37,116 nt of DNA from Octopus bimaculoides. Taxonomy: Eukaryota. This document shows, in pieces, positions 1 through 11,450 of the stretch. Position 1 is the first letter of the stretch; each line of letters opens with the position of its first letter. The translations under genes and the position numbers were made by a program. The stretch lies in NCBI RefSeq assembly GCF_001194135.2, contig NC_068988.1:25197518-25234633 (forward strand). The letters run 5' to 3'. The notes under the pieces were generated by a model. That model saw only the letters and a program-made list of their open reading frames with translations, made no database searches and was not told the DNA's origin.

Positions 1-1061
1 ATATATATATATCCACTTAAGACTCTTTGGAATATATGAGCGCGCAACAACCTGATCAACAAATACAATGGTCATGAATATAACCATTACATGAACTAGA
101 CAGTATTATTTTCAATTTATAATTATTTCATCCAACTCCATATTTTTAGTTAGATTTGGTTATTTATATAAATACTTTTCGACTTTAATTGTTGATTATT
201 TTTCCTTTACTGTTCTCAGGGATGTGATGGTTCACTTACGATTATTGCCCATAATTCAAAGACATAAGTAAGTACACCATTGTAAATCTTCATATTGTGT
301 GTTGGAATTGATTGAATAGTCATATTTTCATTTAAGATTTAATTATACACTGTTGTAACTACCTGAATATCCTCTTTTTTCACAACTTCGACGAAATTTA
401 CAAATGATGGGTAGTTCTGGAAGGTATGTGGAACGTATGCAATTAATAACCTCATCAAATAAAATTTCGCCATAATGTTAACGAGGATATGCAGAATACT
501 TCCTCGAATGTTGTTGAATGTATTATCTTCCTTTGAATATTATAACTGTTATTCGAATCCTCGTTTCCAATGTTCGATGATTAATTTTTCTAATACCAAC
601 ATTTCACGATCACTGAGATGTTCCTAGATAAATGTTCAATTTTATAAAACATTGTATAGTTTCGTTGGTCAGCCACAAATACATTACATATTTGTGCATT
701 TCCAACATATCAAAATCCTTTCATTTCTATTTAGTGATTATCTTATCCTGCAGACAATAAATGGAATATTTAATTTACAAGACCATATTGTCTCACCAGG
801 TTTCTTTACATTTCTTTATATTCTATTTTATAAAATTGATAATTTTATTTCAGAATAATCATGTCTTTCTCTCATGCAGCATTTTATAAGAAACGTATTC
901 TTCCAGATACATTGGGGTACGCTTTCTTGCGTAAATTATTCTACATTACAATAAGATTCAAAACAACAGTTGGATACAGCATACATATATACATACATAC
1001 ATATATATATATGTATGTATTTATGTATGTATTATGTATATATATATATATATATATATAT

Positions 1062-1961
1062 NNNNNNNNNNNNNNNNNNNNNNNNNNNNNNNNNNNNNNN
1101 NNNNNNNNNNNNNNNNNNNNNNNNNNNNNNNNNNNNNNNNNNNNNNNNNNNNNNNNNNNNNNNNNNNNNNNNNNNNNNNNNNNNNNNNNNNNNNNNNNNN
1201 NNNNNNNNNNNNNNNNNNNNNNNNNNNNNNNNNNNNNNNNNNNNNNNNNNNNNNNNNNNNNNNNNNNNNNNNNNNNNNNNNNNNNNNNNNNNNNNNNNNN
1301 NNNNNNNNNNNNNNNNNNNNNNNNNNNNNNNNNNNNNNNNNNNNNNNNNNNNNNNNNNNNNNNNNNNNNNNNNNNNNNNNNNNNNNNNNNNNNNNNNNNN
1401 NNNNNNNNNNNNNNNNNNNNNNNNNNNNNNNNNNNNNNNNNNNNNNNNNNNNNNNNNNNNNNNNNNNNNNNNNNNNNNNNNNNNNNNNNNNNNNNNNNNN
1501 NNNNNNNNNNNNNNNNNNNNNNNNNNNNNNNNNNNNNNNNNNNNNNNNNNNNNNNNNNNNNNNNNNNNNNNNNNNNNNNNNNNNNNNNNNNNNNNNNNNN
1601 NNNNNNNNNNNNNNNNNNNNNNNNNNNNNNNNNNNNNNNNNNNNNNNNNNNNNNNNNNNNNNNNNNNNNNNNNNNNNNNNNNNNNNNNNNNNNNNNNNNN
1701 NNNNNNNNNNNNNNNNNNNNNNNNNNNNNNNNNNNNNNNNNNNNNNNNNNNNNNNNNNNNNNNNNNNNNNNNNNNNNNNNNNNNNNNNNNNNNNNNNNNN
1801 NNNNNNNNNNNNNNNNNNNNNNNNNNNNNNNNNNNNNNNNNNNNNNNNNNNNNNNNNNNNNNNNNNNNNNNNNNNNNNNNNNNNNNNNNNNNNNNNNNNN
1901 NNNNNNNNNNNNNNNNNNNNNNNNNNNNNNNNNNNNNNNNNNNNNNNNNNNNNNNNNNNNN
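1062..1961. other. Assembly gap (900 N) flanked by (AT)n
   Basis: Run of n directly visible. Confidence 0.99.
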
Positions 1962-2001
1962 TATATATATATATATACATATATATGCATTTGTGTGTAT
2001 C

Positions 2002-2035
<34 letters not shown>

Positions 2036-2389
2036 TATGTATATCAATATATATATATATGTATATATATATGTATATGCGTTGTTCTCATTTTATGTAT
2101 GTATATGATATTGCACGCTTCGTCTTAAGCTTTGATTTGATCATACGCTTAAAATAATGAGTATATTTGACATACCACTTCGTTAGAAATGTCAGCTATA
2201 TTCAAATAGCCCGTTATGCTTCATCCTCATAGGAATTACTTTAGAAGGAACTGTCCTCTCAATCAAATCATACCTACAAGTCGAAAGGAAATGAACCAAT
2301 TTCGCAACATGCTTCATTATTAGCATGCCAATCTTGTGTATATTCCCATGAAAGAAATGTATATTCTCAAAAGAATATGAATATCTGAT

Positions 2390-2395
2390 TTTATT
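2390..2395 (-). promoter_or_regulatory. Candidate polyadenylation signal AATAAA in the presumed 3' UTR
   Basis: Plus-strand tttatt about 155 nt past the stop codon. The hexamer is common in AT-rich DNA. Confidence 0.25.
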
Positions 2396-2549
2396 TTATG
2401 TTAAATCAGACATCATTACGTAAATCCATTTCTGTATAGTGTTTAGTTCTGATGTATTTAATCTTAGTTTTCAACTTCTATATCTTTGAATTTTTTTTCT
2501 TTTCGCCATCTTATGTCTCCCACGACGCTCTCTCATTTTCCTTTCTCAA

Positions 2550-2836
2550 TTACAAGTAATACTGATTAGAATGAGCTTGTTCCTCTATAGGTTTCCATAG
2601 CTTGTGCAAAATTGGATGTTGACCTGGTTTACACTCTGGTTTTTCAATTGGACTCCAATTTCCATCAACACAAGTAGCACCACTTGCTCCGTCTAGTTCA
2701 TAACCACGGTCACATTCATATAATAAACGATCACCATGTCTTATAGTTACAATATAGGCTTTAAATTCAAATTTCCCGATTTGGCCCTTTTTATGAATCT
2801 TTCCGTTTTCAAGCTTCCCGGGATTTGGGCAAAAAA
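2550..2836 (-). CDS. lev-9/hig-like: Terminal coding exon of a LEV-9/Hikaru genki-like CCP (Sushi) domain protein: last CCP domain plus a short C-terminal tail
   Basis: Hand translation after acceptor tttcag (AG at 2838-2837), phase 1: (I)FCPNPGKLENGKIHKKGQIGKFEFKAYIVTIRHGDRLLYECDRGYELDGASGATCVDGNWSPIEKPECKPGQHPILHKLWKPIEEQAHSNQYYL* (TAA at 2552-2550). 287 nt = 2 + 95 codons. It has four Cys and a Trp in the CCP pattern. The family call rests on my recollection of the Hig/LEV-9 last domain (CPxPGxxENG, long insert, GATC..G.W.P...P.C..GQHP), not on a search. Exon confidence is higher than orthology confidence. Confidence 0.88.
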
Positions 2837-4899
2837 CTGAAAATAAAATAAAATAAATATAAATATCTTGACTAATTCAAACACAGATCAGATAAATTTA
2901 CGCATTTTATTCTCAGGGAAAAGTAAAACTTTAAAAGTCATAACGAATTTTCAGAACTAATTATTCAGAAAGTGGATATTCTTGTCTAATATTAATAGTT
3001 TGCTTGAATAATATGACAATATTTTCTCTTCTACAAAATATAAAGTAAATCGAAACTCTGAAATAGCCGACAATCTCCATTATTCTTAATTTTTATAAGT
3101 GCATAACACTCATCACAAATCCAGAGAGAACTAACCCCGAGAGGACGAAGAATTCTATCAAGATCCAGATTCTAGATCCTAAAGGCACAAGAGCAGCTTA
3201 AGTCACACTTTCTCCGCCTTGGAAATATGAGGTGTAATAGGCATTACTTTCCTTCTCCCCATAGAAGCAATAAAACGCCATATGTAGACGCAGTGTGGAC
3301 ACTAGTAGCTTAACAGGAGTCTGTTTTTGAATATGGTGCAAAGGATCTTAAGGCCGCTGACCTGGTTACAAAACAGAATGAGTGACACAGGCACCAGCAA
3401 GAAAGACCATCACATAGCACCCAAGATCCACAGCGACCACTTCAAACGCTTCTGCAGATGTCAACTCATTGGCCGCTACTGACGCCCCATATGCCACACT
3501 GGTGAATGTCAGAGACCTTGTAGCATCCCACCAGCAAAATAAAAAAAAGAAAATCCTCTGACAGAGAGTTTTGTATAATATATATAGTTGATTCTTCTTT
3601 AATCAGTGCTTCGCGAAGACCCAGCTTTCTTGATGATATCAGAATACGAACGAAATATATGTCGGATTGTCTAGCGAATTTGATATTGGTAAAATGAACA
3701 TCATACTACTTATTGACAAATACTGTTCTCTTCTCACTGAATTATTTATATTTATTTCTCATGCCATCTTTTTTTAAGTAGTAAGTGAGGCAGAAAAATC
3801 ACCTCAGAATGACTGTCTCGGACTATTTATGAGACAATGAAACAATTATAGAATTTCAGAGAGTAGTGTTGATTTTCCCGATAATAAATAACTAAATGTT
3901 GAATATCTTTATAAATTCAAACATCACTGTATACTATTGTGTTCGTTTTCTACTATAGCCTCTAATTAATCTCTCCCTGTACCTCATAGAATATGTACAT
4001 ATTATGGACCGTTTTAAGACGACTGAATTCCTAAATACATAATACGAGCATCGAAGCGAGAAAATAATGCATTGTAATATATTAATTCTAAGAAATGTAA
4101 TTGCTTCTCTTTTACTTTAAATTCTCTAATTCATCTGTCACTCTGCATATGATGCAGATAAAAAAAAAAACCCTTCACCAGCATCTACATCTGACAGTAT
4201 TCTAATGGAAAATAAATTTTAAGACAGTCAATCTCATCCTCTCTCTGATTAAGAAAGGTATCGACTGGAATTTATTTAACCAAGTTTTTGCCAGGTGCTT
4301 TGTATAAAACTTATGATGGACATGTAATTGATATTTCTGCCAGACATATTGGACCAAAATCGTTGCTTGCTACGTTGATTATTTTTAGCTAATGCCACCT
4401 GCGTCACCCTATCATTTACCATAGTGATGACAATAATTATTATCTGTAATGATATATATTCCATTGTAGCATATGTATTTTGATATTCTCGTCTTCTGTT
4501 TTCGGTTATTTCTGATTCTGCTATTTAACTTGAACATTCTAAGTGATTAAAATTTACCAACATTTTGTTACTTGCGTTTAACCATTGATCGTACGACTAG
4601 GTTACTACAGATTCAATGATTCAATTCTTCAAGCTCGGGGGTTTAACTCTCTTGACATACCTACCGCTTTTGTTACTCTTGTTGCTAATATCGGTGAATC
4701 GATAGAATCAGTAGGGGGTGGAGCAATATACATAGTGAAGACCTTTAAATTAAGATTCCATCAATAAATTTTGCCTTTCATTTGTTTCATACAACACCAA
4801 TTAAGAACTGGTTTTTCACCCATTTTATGAGCCATAACAGTTGTGCAATACATGTGCAATAAACAAATTAGACACAATAGTACGAATGCATATACTTAC
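2837..4899 (-). other. Phase-1 GT-AG intron (2063 bp) between the two CCP exons
   Basis: Canonical gtaagt donor and tttcag acceptor; the reading frame is preserved across the junction. Confidence 0.8.
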
Positions 4900-5073
4900 T
4901 CTCATCACAGTAAGGTCTCGAACCTACCCAACGTCCAAATCTGCAGGTCATGTGTAAATCTCCACGTAAGCGAAATCCTTGAAAACACATATATTTCGCT
5001 CTATCACCATGCTTCCATCCAATATAAACACGCCTTCCATTTTCAATATTTGGCGGCTGAGCTGAGCAAGGTG
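4900..5073 (-). CDS. lev-9/hig-like: Internal coding exon encoding one CCP/Sushi domain of the same gene
   Basis: Acceptor tactttacag (AG at 5075-5074) and donor A|gtaagt (GT at 4899-4898). 174 nt, phase 1-1. Translates to PCSAQPPNIENGRRVYIGWKHGDRAKYMCFQGFRLRGDLHMTCRFGRWVGSRPYCDE with the canonical C..C..C.W..C pattern. It splices in frame to 2836 (A+TT = Ile, giving ...PYCDE-I-FCPNPG). Confidence 0.92.
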
Positions 5074-5151
5074 CTGTAAAGTATAACATACACATATATT
5101 ATTATAATTAAACAAAGTGTGTATATATTCATGTAAATATATATATATATA

Positions 5152-5590
5152 NNNNNNNNNNNNNNNNNNNNNNNNNNNNNNNNNNNNNNNNNNNNNNNNN
5201 NNNNNNNNNNNNNNNNNNNNNNNNNNNNNNNNNNNNNNNNNNNNNNNNNNNNNNNNNNNNNNNNNNNNNNNNNNNNNNNNNNNNNNNNNNNNNNNNNNNN
5301 NNNNNNNNNNNNNNNNNNNNNNNNNNNNNNNNNNNNNNNNNNNNNNNNNNNNNNNNNNNNNNNNNNNNNNNNNNNNNNNNNNNNNNNNNNNNNNNNNNNN
5401 NNNNNNNNNNNNNNNNNNNNNNNNNNNNNNNNNNNNNNNNNNNNNNNNNNNNNNNNNNNNNNNNNNNNNNNNNNNNNNNNNNNNNNNNNNNNNNNNNNNN
5501 NNNNNNNNNNNNNNNNNNNNNNNNNNNNNNNNNNNNNNNNNNNNNNNNNNNNNNNNNNNNNNNNNNNNNNNNNNNNNNNNNNNNNNNNNT
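5152..5590. other. Assembly gap (439 N)
   Basis: Run of n preceded by (AT)n. Confidence 0.99.
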
Positions 5591-7199
5591 ATTAAATGTG
5601 AATGAAAGGATATGTCATTTTAAAAATATAATTGCATAGTAATGAAAACAACAATATGTGAAATGGTAACAGTTACATAGTTATTTAAATACTACTCTAC
5701 TCCCCTATATATTTTCGTAACATCGGACCACTACTCATTCTGGTTTAGGGTTAGGTGTATCTGCGTTCCAAAAATTTACGACAGTTAAAGGGGGTAACGT
5801 AAAGCAAATATAAATAAATAATAAACGATTCTAAATCTCAAAACTGAGTAGAAGATTTTGACCGAGCGGAATTATTGGGCCAATCTAGTTACAAATATTT
5901 TTGCAGGATTTACTCATAAAATTCCCACCAATGTCATACTTTTCCGTTCATGGGGCCCATAGCTGCAGAGCAGAACCTACAAAGGTCGGAGAAATCAGTA
6001 TCTCCTTTAAGCCGAAAGGTTTCACACAAATCTGAAGTTGTTGAAGGGCAAAGAATGCCACCGTGCATAGCACTTTCCGGAGGCATTCCTCTCCTTCTGC
6101 CACACTTCCTGTAAATCAATTTCTTTTCTCCCACTTGTAAAGCCTATTGTCTCTATAAACAAGTACTTCACAGAGAGTTTCCATGCGTTCTAGATAATTT
6201 TGCCAAGAGCTTCCTGTTGCACACATGAGTTGTGCTAGATCTATTGGAAACTATCATTACTGTGACATTCCATATTGGGCTCAGATCATGGGAAAATTTA
6301 TGAAAACTTTGTTGCACTTGATAAACCATCTTCTTACGAATGGTTTAGCTATTAAAACCTGTTAGCTAAACTGTTAGCCGTGTTGGCTCAAAAACTTTGT
6401 GTTAGAAAACACTATTGCGGCGTTGACCAGTTAAACTCACTTTAACCCTCAATCTGTCAGGTTTTTATTCTACGTTACCAACGTATTTACTATTAACCTC
6501 AACAATGAATCCTATGCGCATGATAAAACCTATAATGTCTACCCTTCCGCAACCAATCCTCATCTACAAACAGATATGCTCCACCAAACTTATACTTATC
6601 AATTACGTATACCTTGAAGAATTTCTCCAGCATCTCAAAGATAATCAGCAACGCAAAATTAAAATAGCCGATGTTTCTATAAAATTTTGGTTTTAGCTTT
6701 TCGGCAGATGTCAACTAACATTCGTGCATACTCAATGCAGCAAAAGGTTTAAGTCAAATATTATCCTTCTCCTTCAGAGCAAGATAAAATTTGATTGTGT
6801 AACAACAACTAATTCTTGGCAAAGTTAAGTTGAACCACAAGGACTATTGTTTCCAAATCTGGGTCACGGTTGCAACTACAAACACCGGAGACAAAACTCA
6901 TCTTGGCAAAAATTTCACAAAACTGGTTTCGAAATCATTTTTATCGTGCTTCCACATTTGTCTAAGAAATATACCATTACCTCCCTGTGTTTTTTCCACT
7001 TACAACAGAAGCCCCTGATATGGATCCTACAATATCTAGGTTTGTCCCCCGATTCATTAAATTCTTCACTCATTTTTTCTTACTTGGAATGGCCAATATT
7101 AAACACTGCACCTAATCCTATCAAAAAAAAAAAAATGAAAGAAAAACTAAAAATCCAGAATTTTGGAATTCTGAATTATGGAATTTTCTTTCTGTGTAA

Positions 7200-8600
7200 C
7201 CGTCAAATTTAATATTAACTTCATCGATATCGGTAGTCTCGGGAGGTTAGCATATGCCATATAGAAATTCAATTCCAAGAATCAAACCAACATGCAGACT
7301 ATGAAGCAAAATGCGTTCAGGCAATATGGCTGCCAATGAATCTAGAAATAATGTATAACGTATCATGTGCATTGATAAAATCAATTCTAATGGCTTGAAT
7401 AAGCGTGGAGTAATTGTAAGTTTCCTGAGGCACATACTATTTTGGAGCATAAAAGAATTAATGGAAGGTTTTTCTTCAATTGCTCAAAGAGAAAAATCGT
7501 GAGCGGACAAACTTGAAACAAATATTGCAACAATAGATTTGTTAGACATCCTTAAATATTAAAATATATTTAGACAGTAATTTGCCTTTACTTTGCAGCG
7601 AATCACTAGGAAAGCTTCGGAAAAAAAGCTCATACAAATAATACTTAATGCTTGCTTTTACTAATCGATACATTAGAGAATAATTTGCTCTACAAAGTTC
7701 ACCACTCTACATCCAAAGAATAGTTGATAAAAAGCCTTTAGCTTGAAAGGAACATCACATAAAGAGAAAACGATCGTTTGATCGCTTGGGAGTAGAAAGA
7801 TACTTGACTTTAAACTGAAATCTATGTAAGAAACATTGACTTAGATGTATCATAATTGGAAGAACAGACTCTACATATAGAAATGGTGCTCACTTGAAAG
7901 TCGTGGGTGCAACACATTAGCTACCATCTTAATCACCGGTTGATAATCACCGGTTGATAATCACCGGTTGATAATCACCGGTTGATAATCACCGGTTGAT
8001 AATCACCGACGAAACGGTTAACAAAAGGCACCAGAATCCAATACTGAATGAACTTTTTAACGCATCGAGTATTGGAGAAACAACTCAGATTATCACGGAA
8101 CATTCTAGTGAAATAATTAAAATGTTATTTCGACAGAAGATATAGTTATGGCTGGTACACACTGTGGTTTAATGTTTTTCCATTTCAGACAATTGTGTGT
8201 TAGAGACAATTAAACTTCTTCATAAATTTATTTAGTAACATTCTGGAATGTCATTGCGGATTCATATTTGAGAGACGTTTACCTAGACGTTGTATTTGTA
8301 GGTAGACACATGTAGGAAAATACAAATAACCTCCAGAAAATCTTCATGTCTGAAGAATTTTAGGCCATATCACTATTATGTTCTATTCACCATGACACAA
8401 CAATGTCAACGATTCCTCACTGAGATTTTGGAATGCTACGGAGGTTCGGTTGCAGATTTGGAGATATTTCACATGCATTTTTGGACGGAAACGGAGCCAA
8501 AATTATCTGCATAATAATGCCAATTCAGTTTGATATACCTTTTTCTATTATATACCTAATTGCTTGAAGTTATGGCCAGGATAAGAAAGGACTCTTTAAT
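7200..8600 (+). mobile_element. Highly decayed RTE-like LINE remnant (endonuclease to start of RT); boundaries approximate
   Basis: DKINSNGL at 7374-7397 resembles the GKxNSNGL motif of RTE endonucleases. aattttaggccatatcactattatg at 8356-8380 reads NFRP-ISLLC with a 1-nt loss. The ~1 kb spacing is compatible with LINE ORF2. Many stops. Confidence 0.4.
7930..8008. repeat. Perfect 14-bp tandem repeat (TAATCACCGGTTGA) x5.6
   Basis: Units start at 7930, 7944, 7958, 7972 and 7986, with a partial unit at 8000-8008. No mismatches, no spacers. Confidence 0.97.
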
Positions 8601-9223
8601 TTCTAGCGAATAACGAAGAAATACAATTATGCCATTGGTGTATGATTCTTGAATATTCTAATATAAGATAACTTAAACTAAAATTTTTGTCCCAAAATTT
8701 AAACAATAACACTTAAATATTGGTTGTAGGGGATGAGCCATTTTCAATTTTTTAATAAATAAAAGCTCCCCATCCGAACAAAACAGGTAAGTCACAAAAA
8801 AAGGAAAATGAATAAATAGTTGAGACGAATATCAAATATCGAATAATGGAAGATTTTATGATCTCTCAAAACCTGATATATGAATTTTCTTTGGCTGTTT
8901 GTCTGAATATGTACAGTGTGATTACTTACGCGTTTTTGTGCGTGAATAAACACAGACAGACATATATTTGTGTGTGTATATGCAACCTTTCAATATTGAA
9001 AAGGTTACAAGACGCAACGAAAATTTTAGAAAAATAAATAAGTAAATGATTGGAAACTTTATTGGTGAGTGTGTGAAATAATAAGGCACTAAAAGAGAAT
9101 GACTCTCCAGACACAACAGTATATTATATTTATATAAATAAAGATAAGATCATTATTTAAAATACCGATCATATCAAGTGGCTAGCATGGGAATTAAAAC
9201 CTCATAGGTAATAATTATTATTA

Positions 9224-9416
9224 AAATTATAATTAAGGGTATTACAAGATACTGCCACGCTAGATATAGCAGCCAAAACCTGACTCTAAAACCACATTAA
9301 ATGTTCATACACCACCAGGACCAGCGGTGTATGAAGATTCTATGTGGCTTTAGAGTTAATTTTGGTTGCCATATCTAGCATGGTGGTAACTTTTAGATAC
9401 CCTTAAATTATAATTT
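9224..9416. mobile_element. Foldback/MITE-like palindromic element, older copy
   Basis: Arms 9224-9313 and 9326-9416 are reverse complements at roughly 80% identity with a 12-nt loop. Ends are ATAATTAAGGG...CCCTTAA. Confidence 0.75.
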
Positions 9417-9581
9417 ATATATATATATATATATATTACAAATTAAAAGGGTAAAGGATTATCAATTTACTAATTCATTAATAAATCAACAATTAAAAAT
9501 TAATAATTTTTACCAAGCCCATCGGTATGTAAGCACCATTATTGGTCGAGAACTTATTTAAAAGCTCATATATATTTATAA

Positions 9582-9732
9582 ACATAATTAAGGGATCAGC
9601 AAATATTTGCTTCACCATATACCGAAGTTCAGAAATAGCAGCTAAAAAAGCTGAGACTCCCACAGATAGCTTTTTAGCTGCTATTTCTGAACTTCGGTAT
9701 ATGGTGAAGCAAATATTTGCTGATCCCTTAAT

Positions 9733-9737
<5 letters not shown>
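9582..9737. mobile_element. Foldback/MITE-like palindromic element, near-perfect copy
   Basis: Arms 9582-9652 and 9668-9737 are exact reverse complements except for one A/T-run indel, with a 15-nt loop. TTAA-GGG...CCC-TTAA lies near the ends. Confidence 0.85.
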
Positions 9738-9784
<47 letters not shown>

Positions 9785-10345
9785 CGTTTATTTTTAAAAT
9801 CTTGCACACTAAAGCATGAGGCACACTCACCTAATTGTGTAGATAGAATATAGAATATAAAATTCTAATCCACTGCAGAAACAAATGCACTTCATCACAG
9901 GAGATGTTTAATCGAATCAATCTTAATGTATGGATTAATAACATGGACACTTGCTATTCTCATGAAGAAAACTCTTAATCTCGCGTACATCACAAATATT
10001 ACGTATCGTCCTAAACATTTCCTAAAATATGACTAACAAAGAGCATTACCAAGACATTGCTTATTTTACAGGCTCATTATGAGGCGCAGGTTGGTGTTTA
10101 TTGGTAGACGCTGGTGTGACAAGAAGTAGCCTATTGCTGAAATTATGTGGCTAATTTCTGATGGCAAAGATGGAAGCGATCGACCATCGAAGAAATACAT
10201 CATATGTTACAAGAAAGTTGTTGCACTATTAAAAGTTTAAAATGACACGATTAAAATAACTCGATTAATCTTTTTTTATGAAATCAAGGGTTGAGTTTTT
10301 CAAACTATGTATAAAATTGCAAAAATAGCAACATAATAAGTGAAC

Positions 10346-10347
10346 TA

Positions 10348-10410
<63 letters not shown>
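10346..10410. repeat. (TATC)n microsatellite
   Basis: Directly visible. Confidence 0.97.
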
Positions 10411-10879
10411 ATACATATATACACAACTGTGTATGTGTGTGTTTCTGTTTTTCTGTGTATCTATGTATGTTTCTATAAATCGTCGTCTTCGCCGTTTCTA
10501 TAAATACGGTTAGTGATAACAACATGAAAAATGACAATAAAGGAAGAACAATGGTTGGAAAATATACAAGTAATAACTTAACGCTTCAATAGAGAGATAA
10601 TATTTCTTAGCATTTTGAACGTTAGTTCTTCACCAGAAGAAATGAGAGAAGCATATGAAAAGTGATAAAATATGTATAAGAAGTGTGATAAAGTTCATTT
10701 GTATTGAAAACAAGAAAATACAGAGGAAGAAAATGAAGGGGCAAAATCTTGGTGGGGATGCTATATAAGGAGTTAATTCATGTGGGATATTGTTATGTGT
10801 GCTGATGCGTTTATCATAAAGTATTTGCGTTTGAAAACGAGCATAAATATAGAATGACGTCTGAGTTAGCGAGGGATAT

Positions 10880-10949
10880 GTGTTTTCTCTTTCTTTATTT
10901 CTTTCTTTCTGTCTTTCTTTCGTTCTTTCTTTCTTTCTTTCTTGCTTTC

Positions 10950-10992
<43 letters not shown>
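10880..10992. repeat. Compound (TTTC)n/(CT)n microsatellite
   Basis: Directly visible. Confidence 0.95.
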
Positions 10993-10995
<3 letters not shown>

Positions 10996-11025
10996 ATATG
11001 TATATCTACATGCATAGATGTATAC

Positions 11026-11414
11026 AGGCGAAGGCCTCGCTTTTTGGTAACAAGCTTGCTTCCCAACCACATAGTTCCGGTTTCAGTCCCATTGCATAGC
11101 ACCTTGGGCAAATATCTTCTACTCTAGCCTCGGGCCAACCAAGGTCTTGTGAGTGGATTTGGCAGACTTCATATATGTCTGTGTGTTTGTGTATGTGTGT
11201 GTATGCGTTTGAGTATCTGTGTTTGTCCTACCACCATCACTTGACAATCGACGTTGTTGTGTTTACGTCCCCGTAACTTAGCGGTTCGACAGAAATAAGC
11301 AATAGAATAAGTACTATGCTTAAAAAGAATTAGTCCTGGAGTTGATTTACTCGACTAAAGACGGTACTCCAGCATGGCCGCAGTGCAATGCCTGAAACAG
11401 GTGAAAGAATAAAA

Positions 11415-11416
<2 letters not shown>
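11026..11416 (+). mobile_element. Near full-length tRNA-derived SINE (family A here), abundant octopus-type
   Basis: tRNA-like head with a B-box-like gtttcagtccc, body caccttgggcaa...gtgagtggatttgg, internal TG tract, and tail ccagcatggccgcagt...ctgaaacag..aaaagaataaaaga. It matches the copies at 11450-11723 and 21588-21790. Confidence 0.88.

Positions 11417-11449
<33 letters not shown>

Positions 11450-11450
<1 letters not shown>

Noticed and set aside
861-2157. Six long ORFs of 319-415 aa (and similar ones over the other gaps)
   Set aside because: They are open only because N codons contain no stops; the remainder is YI/IY repeats from (AT)n.
4655-4745. Possible exon between the two CCP exons (ttaaag|GTCTTC...GCG|gtaggt)
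   Set aside because: It hits a stop codon in the required phase 1, and the two CCP exons already join in frame without it.
5743-5756. ggtttagggttagg, resembling a telomeric repeat
   Set aside because: Only about two units; expected by chance.
5934-6134. Cys-rich 66-aa minus-strand ORF with an acceptor-like tttacag at ~6110
   Set aside because: No CCP, WAP or Ig cysteine spacing, and the donor is weak. Probably a decayed repeat, which I could not classify.
7930-8008. Regular short repeats that might suggest a CRISPR array
   Set aside because: Units are contiguous with no spacers, only 14 bp long, and the context is eukaryotic.
9493-9853. Two overlapping antiparallel ORFs with shared peptide blocks (IIKGSANICFTIYRSSEIAAKK)
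   Set aside because: A direct consequence of the DNA palindrome and the adjoining (AT)n; no protein-like features.
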